Origin: Coprothermobacterota bacterium
GTDB taxonomy: Bacteria > Coprothermobacterota > Coprothermobacteria > Coprothermobacterales > Coprothermobacteraceae
DNA: 64,000 bases
Assembly (NCBI GenBank): GCA_036679065.1
Contig: JAZIGN010000003.1
Span: 160,001 to 224,000 of the forward strand
Direction of reading: 5' to 3'
The notes under the pieces: generated by a model
The model's database searches: none
What the model saw: the letters and a program-made list of their open reading frames with translations, nothing else
Told to the model about the DNA's origin: nothing
In this document: positions 16,746 through 26,856 of the stretch, piece after piece
How the letters are laid out: every line of letters starts with the position of its first letter
How positions within the stretch are numbered: position 1 is the stretch's first letter
Made by a program: the position numbers and the translations under genes

Positions 16746-19700
16746 TTACGGATACGTAATAGTTACTGTTCTTGCCACACCGTCCCACTTCACAGTAAAG
16801 CCAAAAGCTTCACTGATGAAGCGTACTGGTACCATGGTGCGGCTGTTCACTATCTCTGCTGGTAGTGGCATGGTAACCGTTTCGCCATCTACTACAGCTT
16901 CGGTGCTACCAATGACTACCTTCATGTTGTGACCAGCAAAATCTATAGTAACGGTCTTCGTTGCATCGTCCCAGCCTACCTTTGCCCCAAAAGCCTCTGC
17001 CACAAAGCGCAGTGGAACCATGGTGTAACCTTCCTTTATGTAAGGTGCAACGTCCAGTTCATAGGTATCCACGTTCACATCCATCTGCTTCGAACCAATG
17101 GTGAGTACTGCTGTGTGTTGCCTATCGTAAGCAAAGAGCCTGTAAGTTACGCTGCTGTTTCCAGCGCTATCAGTAACTGTAACTTTCATGATGTTCAGTC
17201 CCACAAAAGCCCTAAATGCGGCGTCTACTTTCACATTGCCCTCTGCATCAGCATTGGTAATCACTGGATCTGCCGCCAAGTTACCAGGAGCAAGAAGCTC
17301 CAACTGAACCTTTACCCGTGGTTCTGTCTTTGCAGTTACAGCAACCAGACGCTCTGTTAGCAAATCTTTTTCCTTGGGACTTAGAATTTCCATCTGTGGC
17401 GGGACAGTGTCCCTGATAACTTTTACTGATGCCAGTACTCTACCTGCTTCGTCTGTTATTTCAATAAGGTTTTCGCCTTCATTGGGCAAAGCCACGCCAG
17501 TGAGTACGTTTTCGCCCTCAGCTACATCGAAAGCTTTTTCACCGATGATTACCTGCTTAAGGTTGGCATCCAGTACCTTCACTGTGATATCCACTTGCAT
17601 TGTGTTAACCACAGTGTTATCTTGAGGCGTGAGTATGGTTAGACGCTCTTCACCCTCAGTGATGAAGAAGGGCTTCAAAGACACACCAGGTATGGTTACT
17701 GCTTTGGTCTTGTAGTCCAGTATCTCTTCTTGCTTCATCCCCTCTGGCACGATCATGTCTATAACAGCTGGTGCTGTCCCTTCTTCATTCCCTCCTCCAA
17801 ACCTCCACTGCTGCGCTTCCGGTGTCACTTGCCTTATCCTGTTTGTTCCAAATCCGTCTTGCCCTGCTACCATGACCATTATCTTGCTTTCTGCTGTTAA
17901 CTCTCCTACTACGTCCTTCGGTATGTTCACTACTACTTGCCCTGGTGCCCCTTCTGTGCCCTTTATCTCTACACCAAGATCCGCTGCATTAACTGCGTTT
18001 ATCTCTCCACTGCTTACCTTGTATACCTTGTTCTCCCAGCCTTCTATCTGCAATGCTACGTCCCACTTGAAGTTCTCTGCAAAACTGATGTTCAACCCCT
18101 CTATGCCTTGTGTTGTGCCTTCATCCGCTTTGTTGTCTATGAACAAGAAGTATGTGGCTTTGCTTAGTCCATTTGGAGAGGCCCATACGTTGTCAAGGTT
18201 ACCTACGGTGTATGTGGCTGTGTAACTGCCTTCGTACAGCCCAAGCTCAAACTTCAGCAGATCAAAGTCTCCGTCTTTGAACACGGGATCTGTTGGGTAG
18301 GTGTAGTAACCAGGTCCGTAATCGTCACCTTCTGGGTCCTCTATGACCACCGGCGTTAGCACTGCTACACTGGGCACCTGTATCCAGGGCTTCAAAGACA
18401 CGCCGGGTATGGTTACTGCCTTGGTCTTGTAGTCCAGTATTTCTTCTTGCTTCATCCCCTCTGGCACGATCATGTCTATAACTGCTGGTGCTGTCCCTTC
18501 TTCATTCCCTCCTCCAAACCTCCACTGCTGCGCTTCCGGTGTCACTTGCCGTATCCTGTTTGTCCCAAATCCGTCTTGCCCCGCTACCATGACCATTATC
18601 TTGCTTTCTGCTGTTAACTCCCCTACTACGTCCTTCGGTATGTTCACTACTACTTGCCCTGGTGCCCCTTCTGTGCCCTTTATCTCCACTCCAAGATCCG
18701 CTGCATTAACTGCGTTTATCTCCCCACTGCTTACCTTGTATACCTTGCTCTCCCAGCCTTCTATCTGCATTGCTACGTCCCACTTGAAGTTCTCTGCAAA
18801 ACTGATGTTCAACCCCTCTATGCCCTGTGTTGTGCCTTCATCTGCTTTGTTATCTATGAACAGGAAGTATGTGGCTTTGCTTAGTCCATTGTCACTACCC
18901 CATGCGTTGTCAAGGTTACCTACGGTGTATGTGGCTGTGTAGCTGCCTTCGTACAGTCCAAGCTCGAACTTCAGCAGGTCAAAGTCTCCGTCTTTGAACA
19001 CGGGGTCTGTTGGGTAGGTGTAATAACCAGGTCCGTAATCGTCACCTTCAGGGTCCTCTATGACCACCGGCGTTAGCACTGCCGCTGGAACTTCTGGTTC
19101 TTCCTCTTCTGCCTCTATGGGTGGCTCAACCTCTTCTTGTCCTGCAATTTCAGCGGTGTAGGTTCCTTCTGCAACCTTGATGTTATCTTCTAACACGGAC
19201 ACAGTGTAAATGTACTTGTGCCCAGCACGAGCCACATCTTCAAGACCGTCTTTTGCTTCCAGTGTGGTTACTTCACCAGTGGTTAAGTCGCGCTTTTCCA
19301 CTACGGCATTGCCACTAAAGGTAAGGGTAACCTTCTGACCATCAAAAGCGCCCTTAAGGTCTATCTGATCAGCTTTGCTAACGCTGTCAGTGGTTACTGC
19401 AAGCCGGGTTTCAAAAGGCTTCAACGTAAGGGTGAGGATGCCACCCTCAAGCTTCATGTCCTCACCTATGACACCCTTTAATGCGGCATCTTCTTTGAGG
19501 TAGTAGCCCACATCAACAGACACTGTAGCAGTTTCATCTGAACCATTGAACAGTGCCAAAGCTGTTCCGTTCTCGTCATAGCGCAGGTAAGCGATTACTC
19601 GGTCGCTGCCTTCCACCACAAGTGGCTGTATTTCTCCAGTTCTTAGGAAGGAGTACTCATTTCGCACTGCACCTAAGTTCTTATACCACTCCTGAAGGTT

Positions 19701-21677
19701 AGTATCTTCCTTACCCCATGGGAAGGGCACCCTCATGAATGGATCATCGGTTATGGGCCTGTCCTTATTGCAACCAAACTCCCCTTCGTTGGTTGCTCCA
19801 GCCTCGTCACCGTAGAAGGTGGTAGGTGCTCCGGGTATGGTATAGAGGAAGAACGATAATGCCTTCATTGCATCTTTTGCCTTCTCATCCCAGGTGTTTG
19901 TTAAGTAGTACAGCGGTCTGGCTGCATCGTGGCTGTCCACCAGGTTCATCATGGCGTAGAAAGCTTCTCTGGGATAATCATTCTTCATCTGCAGGTAGTT
20001 TTGCCAGAAATCCTCTTGAGTCATTTCCTTTTTCAGGAAGAATCCCTGGAACTTCGGATTTGTTCCAGCATGGTCGTTATCCCAGTCGCCTATGAGTAAA
20101 GACCTGACCCTGTAGTTCATGGCGCTGTCAAAGGAATCGCCAAGCACCATGGGAATTACTTGGTCGTAATGATCCCAAACCTCGGCAATCATGACGTTAT
20201 CGGGGTCCAATGCTTTCAAGGCCTTACGCATCTCTCTGGTAAAGCCCATAGGCACTTGCATGGCTACGTCCACGCGCCATCCAGAGCTACCTAGTTCATG
20301 CCAGTACTTCATGACATTCTTTTCACCAGTTAGGAAGAACTCCTGCACCTTGGGATTGAGCACGTTGATAATGGGCATGGCGCTGAATCCTGCCCAGCCC
20401 TGCCACTTATCGGGCCACTCAGTGAACGTGTACCAATCAAAGAAAGGAGATTCCTGACTTTCATGTGCACCAACAGTGCTGTAGGCACCTTTCACATCAA
20501 AGTACAGGGAATCATCTCCGCTGTGATCAGGTGTGATGTCGTTTATGATCTTTATGCCACGCTTAGCTGCTTCTTCAGTAAGCTTCTTAAAGGTTTCTGC
20601 ATCGCCTAAACGCGGGTCCACAGCAAAATAGCTGGCTGGATCGTACCTGTGAGTGGTTTCTGACGGGAAAATGGGGTTCAGGTAAATAGCTGTAACCCCT
20701 AAGCTCTTTAGGTAATCCAGCTCTTCAATAATGCCCTCTAAATCGCCACCGTAAAACCGGTAAGAGTCAACGTAACCGCATTTCTTGCTTCCATCAGTCA
20801 TGGTGACAGTTGTCCAAGAGGTAACGGGATCAGTCCAGTTTGCACCCTGTATGAGCTGACCCAGGTAATCGCCTGGCAGTGTGAAATCTTCATCGAAATA
20901 ATCATCGTGGAAAGTGAACTTCTGCCCTTCTTCAGTTACGTCATTCTCCGGGTTACCGTTTTTGAACCGATCAGGAAATATTTGGTAAATGACAGCATTC
21001 TTAAGCCAATCAGGCGTTGTGAAATCCGGATCATAAACTGTCAGTCTGCCTTCACCCACCTGACGTTTCTTGCTACCGTCGTAAGCGTATGCCACATACT
21101 GGTACCAAGTTACCTCGTTGGCACTAAACTTGTAAGTCCAAATGTCGTAGAAACCATCATTGCTTTCTGCTACCTTTGTAAGTTCAACGTCTTTTACGGC
21201 TTTTGGTTTGCCGCTGGTAGATGCTTGTTCGTCGCTTAAGCCCCTGTCACTTAGCGTTAGCACGACTTTGCTTACGTCCCTGCGTGGAGTGTAAACATAG
21301 AAGGTGACTTCAGTTCCCGCTGGTACAGCGCCCTCAGGATAACGAATTAGTTTCACATCTTCCAGGACCACACCATCACTCTTAAGCGGCAATAGCTTGT
21401 AGTTAAATGCACCATCGTGATAATTCACAACTAACAGCCTCTCTCCTACAACAGAAATCTCCTGCTCGTGGGCGGGTAGAGTTCCCCCACTAGCTGTGAA
21501 CTTCTTAACCTCAGGTGTTACCGTGGCGCTGGCCACATAGTAGCCGTCACGGTACAGAAACGGCACGCTGTGGTCACCTACAGTCAAAACTGGCTCTTCC
21601 TGTGCTCTAACTAGCCCTACTGGCAAAATAGTCAGGCAAAGGAGAAATACCAGTGCCCAACTGAATACTTTTTTCAC
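16746..21677 (-). CDS. Secreted GH13 amylopullulanase/neopullulanase-type enzyme with two glucodextranase-C (DOMON-like) domains and a C-terminal stalk domain
   Basis: YQIFPDRF, GWRVDVA (nucleophile), AEVW (acid/base) and DSHD; two DPEGDDYGPG domains; 'TMVPLRFVAEAFGA'. Confidence 0.9.
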   Translation of the reverse strand: MKKVFSWALVFLLCLTILPVGLVRAQEEPVLTVGDHSVPFLYRDGYYVASATVTPEVKKFTASGGTLPAHEQEISVVGERLLVVNYHDGAFNYKLLPLKSDGVVLEDVKLIRYPEGAVPAGTEVTFYVYTPRRDVSKVVLTLSDRGLSDEQASTSGKPKAVKDVELTKVAESNDGFYDIWTYKFSANEVTWYQYVAYAYDGSKKRQVGEGRLTVYDPDFTTPDWLKNAVIYQIFPDRFKNGNPENDVTEEGQKFTFHDDYFDEDFTLPGDYLGQLIQGANWTDPVTSWTTVTMTDGSKKCGYVDSYRFYGGDLEGIIEELDYLKSLGVTAIYLNPIFPSETTHRYDPASYFAVDPRLGDAETFKKLTEEAAKRGIKIINDITPDHSGDDSLYFDVKGAYSTVGAHESQESPFFDWYTFTEWPDKWQGWAGFSAMPIINVLNPKVQEFFLTGEKNVMKYWHELGSSGWRVDVAMQVPMGFTREMRKALKALDPDNVMIAEVWDHYDQVIPMVLGDSFDSAMNYRVRSLLIGDWDNDHAGTNPKFQGFFLKKEMTQEDFWQNYLQMKNDYPREAFYAMMNLVDSHDAARPLYYLTNTWDEKAKDAMKALSFFLYTIPGAPTTFYGDEAGATNEGEFGCNKDRPITDDPFMRVPFPWGKEDTNLQEWYKNLGAVRNEYSFLRTGEIQPLVVEGSDRVIAYLRYDENGTALALFNGSDETATVSVDVGYYLKEDAALKGVIGEDMKLEGGILTLTLKPFETRLAVTTDSVSKADQIDLKGAFDGQKVTLTFSGNAVVEKRDLTTGEVTTLEAKDGLEDVARAGHKYIYTVSVLEDNIKVAEGTYTAEIAGQEEVEPPIEAEEEEPEVPAAVLTPVVIEDPEGDDYGPGYYTYPTDPVFKDGDFDLLKFELGLYEGSYTATYTVGNLDNAWGSDNGLSKATYFLFIDNKADEGTTQGIEGLNISFAENFKWDVAMQIEGWESKVYKVSSGEINAVNAADLGVEIKGTEGAPGQVVVNIPKDVVGELTAESKIMVMVAGQDGFGTNRIRQVTPEAQQWRFGGGNEEGTAPAVIDMIVPEGMKQEEILDYKTKAVTIPGVSLKPWIQVPSVAVLTPVVIEDPEGDDYGPGYYTYPTDPVFKDGDFDLLKFELGLYEGSYTATYTVGNLDNVWASPNGLSKATYFLFIDNKADEGTTQGIEGLNISFAENFKWDVALQIEGWENKVYKVSSGEINAVNAADLGVEIKGTEGAPGQVVVNIPKDVVGELTAESKIMVMVAGQDGFGTNRIRQVTPEAQQWRFGGGNEEGTAPAVIDMIVPEGMKQEEILDYKTKAVTIPGVSLKPFFITEGEERLTILTPQDNTVVNTMQVDITVKVLDANLKQVIIGEKAFDVAEGENVLTGVALPNEGENLIEITDEAGRVLASVKVIRDTVPPQMEILSPKEKDLLTERLVAVTAKTEPRVKVQLELLAPGNLAADPVITNADAEGNVKVDAAFRAFVGLNIMKVTVTDSAGNSSVTYRLFAYDRQHTAVLTIGSKQMDVNVDTYELDVAPYIKEGYTMVPLRFVAEAFGAKVGWDDATKTVTIDFAGHNMKVVIGSTEAVVDGETVTMPLPAEIVNSRTMVPVRFISEAFGFTVKWDGVARTVTITYP
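17670..19082. repeat. Intragenic tandem duplication, 717-bp period, 2 copies
   Basis: Near-identical DNA offset by 717 bp (e.g. 17671 and 18388). Confidence 0.92.
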
Positions 21678-21744
21678 AACTCTCACCCCCAACTTCACAA
21701 GAGGGGGCACGACCTATTAGCCGTGCCCCCGTGAAACACTTTCC

Positions 21745-24700
21745 TTACGGGTACGTAACAGTAATTACCTTAGTACTATCGTCCCACTTTACGGTAAAGC
21801 CGAAAGCTTCACTAATGAAGCGCACTGGTACCATGGTGCGGCTGTTTACAATCTCTGCTGGTAGTGGCATGGTTACTGTTTCATCGTCTACCACGGCTTC
21901 AGCACTACCTATGACCACCTTTATGTGGTGACCTGCAAAGTCTATGTCAACTGTCTTTGTCCCATCATCCCAGCCCACCTTTGCTCCAAATGCCTCTGCC
22001 ACAAAACGCAGAGGAACCATGGTGTAACCATTCTTTATGTACGGTGCTACGTCCAGTTCATAGCTGTCCACGTTCACATCCATCTGCTTTGAGCCAATCG
22101 TCAGTATTGCGGTATGAGGTCTGTCGTAGGCAAATAGCCTGTAAGCCACAGCGCTGTTTCCAGCACTATCAGTAACCGTGACTTTCATTATGTTCAGTCC
22201 AACAAAAGCCCTGAAAGCCACGTCCACACTAACCTTTCCAGAGGAATCTGCAGATGTATTGATCACATCAGCTTGACTTCCATCTGGAGCGCTCAGGCTT
22301 AGTGTGACTTTGACGTTGGGTTCCGTTTGTAACTTTACCGCAACCTTTCTATCAGTGAGCACAACGCCTTCCTTGGGCTCTTCGATGCTCACTGTTGGAG
22401 GTGTCGTATCTCTAATCACTGTTATCTGAGCCAATTGATTCCCGTTCTCGTCCATTATGGAAATTACGTTTTCACCCTCATTTGGCAGTGCAACCTGCGG
22501 GATGTCGTTTTCGCCGCTCGTCACGTCAAAAGATTGTTCACCAATAACAATCTTCGTAAGGTTCTCGACCAGCACTTTAATTTTTAGGTCCACTGTGAGT
22601 TGATTGGTCACAGTGCCGTCCTGAGGCGCTAACACCCTAACTTTGGTAACAGAGGGCAGGAAATCTGCTATGGAGATGCCAGGAAGCGCAACGGTGTGGT
22701 CCTTGTAGTTCAGTATGTCTTCCTGCTTCATACCTTCTGGTACTACCATGTCCATCACCTTGGGTGAGCTTTCAGTTCCTCCTCCAAAGCTCCATTCCCC
22801 TGCTTCCTCTGCATAGCCCCTTAACCGGTTTGTCCCATAACCATCTTGACCTGTTACCCATGCTATGAACTTGCTGCTCTCATTTAACTCCCCTAATACC
22901 GCCTTAGGTATCGTCACTACTACCTCGCCTGGTCCTCCTGCTTCATCCTCTACTACAGTGGTAGCTGTTATACCTGCTTCACTCATCAGTGTGCTCGTTA
23001 TTGTGTCTCCTGCTGCTGTGTATATCTTGCTCTCCCATCCTTCTATCTGCAATCCTATGTTCCACTTGAAGTTCTCTGCAAAGCTTACGTTCGTCCCTTC
23101 TACTCCCTTTGTGCTTCCACCTTCGGCTCCTGTGCTGAAGAATAGGAAGAACGTCTGCTTGCTAAAGCCTGTGGCTCCTCCCCATGGGTTGTCTATGTTC
23201 GCTACCTTGAATGTGGCTACATAGTTATCTCCTTCTGCCTTTAGCTCAAAACCCAGCAGGTCAAAGTCTCCAGCTTTAAATACTGCGTTCGTGGGATATG
23301 TGTACCACCCTGGACCGTAATCGTCTCCTTCAGGATCCGCTATGCTCAGAGAAGTAAAGGTGGGTTTCATGTAGTCACCGACTAGTATGCCAGGAAGCGC
23401 AACAGTGTGGTCCTTGTAGTTCAGTATGTCTTCCTGCTTCATACCTTCTGGTACTACCATGTCCATCACCTTGGGTGAGCTTTCAGTTCCTCCTCCAAAG
23501 CTCCATTCCCCTGCTTCCTCTGCATAGCCCCTTAACCGGTTTGTCCCATAACCATCTTGACCTGTTACCCATGCTATGAACTTGCTGCTCTCATTTAACT
23601 CCCCTAATACCGCCTTAGGTATCGTCACTACTACCTCGCCTGGTCCTCCTGCTTCATCCTCTACTACAGTGGTAGCTGTTATACCTGCTTCACTCATCAG
23701 TGTGCTCGTTATTGTGTCTCCTGCTGCTGTGTATATCTTGCTCTCCCATCCTTCTATCTGCAATCCTATGTTCCACTTGAAGTTCTCTGCAAAGCTTACG
23801 TTCGTCCCTTCTACTCCCTTTGTGCTTCCACCTTCGGCTCCTGTGCTGAAGAATAGGAAGAACGTCTGCTTGCTAAAGCCTGTGGCTCCTCCCCATGGGT
23901 TGTCTATGTTCGCTACCTTGAATGTGGCTACATAGTTATCTCCTTCTGCCTTTAGCTCAAAACCCAGCAGGTCAAAGTCTCCAGCTTTAAATACTGCGTT
24001 CGTGGGATATGTGTACCACCCTGGACCGTAATCGTCTCCTTCAGGATCCGCTATGCTCAGAGAAGTAAAGGTGGGTTTCATGTAGTCACCGACTAGTATG
24101 CCAGGAAGCGCAACAGTGTGGTCCTTGTAGTTCAGTATGTCTTCCTGCTTCATACCTTCTGGTACTACCATGTCCATCACCTTGGGTGAGCTTTCAGTTC
24201 CTCCTCCAAAGCTCCATTCCCCTGCTTCCTCTGCATAGCCCCTTAACCGGTTTGTCCCATAACCATCTTGACCTGTTACCCATGCTATGAACTTGCTGCT
24301 CTCATTTAACTCCCCTAATACCGCCTTAGGTATCGTCACTACTACCTCGCCTGGCCCTCCTGCTTCATCCTCTACTACAGTGGTAGCTGTTATACCTACT
24401 TCACTCATCAGTGTGCTCGTTATTGTGTCTCCTGCTGCTGTGTATATCTTGCTCTCCCATCCTTCTATCTGCAATCCTATGTTCCACTTGAAGTTCTCTG
24501 CAAAGCTTACGTTCGTCCCTTCTACTCCCTTTGTGCTTCCACCTTCGGCTCCTGTGCTGAAGAATAGGAAGAACGTCTGCTTGCTAAAGCCTGTGGCTCC
24601 TCCCCATGGGTTGTCTATGTTCGCTACCTTGAATGTGGCTACATAGTTATCTCCTTCTGCCTTCAGCTCAAAACCCAGTAGGTCGAAGTCTCCAGCTTTA

Positions 24701-24885
24701 AACACTGCGTTCGTGGGGTATGTGTACCACCCTGGACCGTAATCGTCTCCTTCAGGATCCGCTATGCTAATGCTGAATGAAGTCGGTGCAGAGCTTATTA
24801 AAATAGGTTCTTCCGCTTTTACTACCATCGGTATGCAGGTCATGGCTAATACCAATGCCACAATTCCTGCAATGAATTTCTTCAT
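21745..24885 (-). CDS. Secreted protein with three glucodextranase-C (DOMON-like) domains and a stalk domain; no catalytic domain seen
   Basis: Signal peptide, three DPEGDDYGPG repeats and a C-terminus paralogous to the GH13 enzyme; GGAGGTG RBS before ATG at 24885. Confidence 0.85.
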   Translation of the reverse strand: MKKFIAGIVALVLAMTCIPMVVKAEEPILISSAPTSFSISIADPEGDDYGPGWYTYPTNAVFKAGDFDLLGFELKAEGDNYVATFKVANIDNPWGGATGFSKQTFFLFFSTGAEGGSTKGVEGTNVSFAENFKWNIGLQIEGWESKIYTAAGDTITSTLMSEVGITATTVVEDEAGGPGEVVVTIPKAVLGELNESSKFIAWVTGQDGYGTNRLRGYAEEAGEWSFGGGTESSPKVMDMVVPEGMKQEDILNYKDHTVALPGILVGDYMKPTFTSLSIADPEGDDYGPGWYTYPTNAVFKAGDFDLLGFELKAEGDNYVATFKVANIDNPWGGATGFSKQTFFLFFSTGAEGGSTKGVEGTNVSFAENFKWNIGLQIEGWESKIYTAAGDTITSTLMSEAGITATTVVEDEAGGPGEVVVTIPKAVLGELNESSKFIAWVTGQDGYGTNRLRGYAEEAGEWSFGGGTESSPKVMDMVVPEGMKQEDILNYKDHTVALPGILVGDYMKPTFTSLSIADPEGDDYGPGWYTYPTNAVFKAGDFDLLGFELKAEGDNYVATFKVANIDNPWGGATGFSKQTFFLFFSTGAEGGSTKGVEGTNVSFAENFKWNIGLQIEGWESKIYTAAGDTITSTLMSEAGITATTVVEDEAGGPGEVVVTIPKAVLGELNESSKFIAWVTGQDGYGTNRLRGYAEEAGEWSFGGGTESSPKVMDMVVPEGMKQEDILNYKDHTVALPGISIADFLPSVTKVRVLAPQDGTVTNQLTVDLKIKVLVENLTKIVIGEQSFDVTSGENDIPQVALPNEGENVISIMDENGNQLAQITVIRDTTPPTVSIEEPKEGVVLTDRKVAVKLQTEPNVKVTLSLSAPDGSQADVINTSADSSGKVSVDVAFRAFVGLNIMKVTVTDSAGNSAVAYRLFAYDRPHTAILTIGSKQMDVNVDSYELDVAPYIKNGYTMVPLRFVAEAFGAKVGWDDGTKTVDIDFAGHHIKVVIGSAEAVVDDETVTMPLPAEIVNSRTMVPVRFISEAFGFTVKWDDSTKVITVTYP
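22676..24768. repeat. Intragenic tandem triplication, 711-bp period
   Basis: Copies start at 22676, 23387 and 24098 and are almost identical at DNA level. Confidence 0.95.
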
Positions 24886-24914
24886 ACTTGCCACCTCCTC
24901 TTTCTGATATTGTT

Positions 24915-25784
24915 TTACTTAATAGCTCCTCTGAGCAATCCACTTAGAAGGTACCGCTGCAAGAACAAGAACAAAAGTGTTACAGGCACAGCAATAATTA
25001 AAGATGCTGCGGCGAATTTAGCCCACGGTATACCAAAAGGATTAGTAATGGATAAGTTGATCCATAGAGGCAAAGTGTAAAGCTTCGGATTACTCAGGAA
25101 CGTCATGGCAGTAACGAACTCCAGCCAAGCTCCCATGAAAATAAACAGCGCTGTTACAGCGATGCCGGGAGTAGCCAGTGGTAAGATGATTCTCCAAAAA
25201 ATCGTGAAGGAACCAGCCCCATCAATCATGGCAGCTTCATCCAACTCTTTGGGTATAGCATCAAAAAACCCTTTCATATTCCAAACTGAGAAAGCTAAGC
25301 CTCCAGCTCCGTAAATTATTATGAGCGCCCAGTGCACCTTAGGGATCCCCAAAAACGGTTCCTCACTGAGCAAGCCAATCCTAAGAAAGATGACAAAAAG
25401 TGGTATTAAGCCCACCACACTGGGAAACATTTGCGAAATGATGTAATAGTAGTAGAAAGGTCCTTTGCCAGGGAACTCAAAGCGACTAAAAGCATAGGCA
25501 GCTAATGTTGCCAAAATCACACCAATCACCGTGGCAAGTACCGAGATTTTTATGGAGTTAATGAACGCTGTATAAAAGTTTTCATCTTTGAAAATATTGA
25601 CATAGTTAGCAAGCGTAGCACCCTCTGGCCAAAGCTCCAATTTCGGCGTAGCAAGAATGTCAAAGGGCCTTAGTGAAGTGGTGAAGATCCAATAAATGGG
25701 AAACAGCACAGCAATGCAGGCAACGATGATCAACCCGTATGTGTAAAATACTTCAAACCAAGATGGTTTCTGCTTCAAAGCCAC
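24915..25784 (-). CDS. Carbohydrate ABC permease (MalG-like)
   Basis: EAA loop 'ELDEAAMIDGA'; context. Confidence 0.9.
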   Translation of the reverse strand: MALKQKPSWFEVFYTYGLIIVACIAVLFPIYWIFTTSLRPFDILATPKLELWPEGATLANYVNIFKDENFYTAFINSIKISVLATVIGVILATLAAYAFSRFEFPGKGPFYYYYIISQMFPSVVGLIPLFVIFLRIGLLSEEPFLGIPKVHWALIIIYGAGGLAFSVWNMKGFFDAIPKELDEAAMIDGAGSFTIFWRIILPLATPGIAVTALFIFMGAWLEFVTAMTFLSNPKLYTLPLWINLSITNPFGIPWAKFAAASLIIAVPVTLLFLFLQRYLLSGLLRGAIK

Positions 25785-25790
25785 AGCGCA

Positions 25791-26711
25791 TCACTCCTTC
25801 ACCAAGTTCTGTATTTGCAGGTTCAGCAAGGACAATAGCAGGAGCACCAAAAAGACCAAATAACCCATAGCGGCAGCCATACCCCAGGAGTTTGGATACT
25901 GGAACGCTGTCTTGTAAATCTTGGTTATAAGCAGGTCAGTAGCTCCCATAACCTTTTGCTGACCAGCCAAGGTGACCACAGTTTGAGGACCTCCCTGAGT
26001 TATAAGGTAAATCACATCAAACTTATTGAAGGTCCAGATTATACCTAAGACAATAGCTGGCACCATAGTACGAAGAAGCAGAGGTAGCGTTATATAGCGT
26101 GTGGTCTGCCAAGGAGATGCTCCATCAACGTAAGCCGCTTCTTGAATCTCTTCTGGGATGGAGTTTAGACCACCTAAAGCAATAAGCATCATGAAGGGCA
26201 CACCCAACCACACGTTGGTGAGCACTACCGCCACGAAAGCCCAAGTAGGGTTGCTGAGCCACGGAATAGGGTTTAAGCCTACCATTTGAAGTAGCTGATT
26301 CAGAGCTCCAAACTGCTCGTTGAACATGGCATGCCACACTTGTATGGAAATAAAAGAAGGAATTGCCCAAGGCAGTATGAGAATGAGCCGGAAAATGGGC
26401 TTAAGCTTCAGCCATGGTTTTGAAAGGAGCATAGCAAAAACAATACCCAGAGAAACGTGCAAGAACACATTGATGACGGTCCAGATGACGGTTCTGTAAG
26501 TGAGAATCCAAGTTTCTGGGTCATGAAGCATGGCTGAAAAGTTGGCGAAGCCGACAAACTTGTACTCCTTGGACAGGTAATTGAACACAGACATGTCAGT
26601 GAACGCAATGGAAACGCCAAAGAACAAGGGATAAACAGATACGAGCAAAATCGCTATCATGGCGGGCGCTATGAAGCCGTATGCGGTGAGCCATTCTCTG
26701 ACTTTACTCAT
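25791..26711 (-). CDS. Carbohydrate ABC permease (MalF-like)
   Basis: 'EAAYVDGAS', 'LPWAIP' and 'FNKFDVIYLIT.GGP'. Confidence 0.9.
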   Translation of the reverse strand: MSKVREWLTAYGFIAPAMIAILLVSVYPLFFGVSIAFTDMSVFNYLSKEYKFVGFANFSAMLHDPETWILTYRTVIWTVINVFLHVSLGIVFAMLLSKPWLKLKPIFRLILILPWAIPSFISIQVWHAMFNEQFGALNQLLQMVGLNPIPWLSNPTWAFVAVVLTNVWLGVPFMMLIALGGLNSIPEEIQEAAYVDGASPWQTTRYITLPLLLRTMVPAIVLGIIWTFNKFDVIYLITQGGPQTVVTLAGQQKVMGATDLLITKIYKTAFQYPNSWGMAAAMGYLVFLVLLLLSLLNLQIQNLVKE

Positions 26712-26777
26712 GTCCAGTCTTCCTCTCTCTTATATTCTTATCTCATCAGCCAAATGGTCCATTTCACTTTTCACGTG

Positions 26778-26830
26778 TGGGCAGGGCGACCGCTACAACT
26801 TGCTATGCGATTCTTGTCGCCCTGCCCACC
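26778..26830 (-). other. Intergenic stem-loop after the binding-protein gene
   Basis: GTGGGCAGGGCGAC / GTCGCCCTGCCCAC perfect 14-bp stem; a typical mRNA-stabilising element in ABC operons. Confidence 0.7.
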
Positions 26831-26856
26831 TTTTGTCGTTGACAATAGCCCTATAG

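Noticed and set aside
17755..24646. Repeated plus-strand ORFs of 76-156 aa
   Set aside because: Antisense shadows of the intragenic tandem repeats; the other short antisense ORFs in the track were dismissed the same way.
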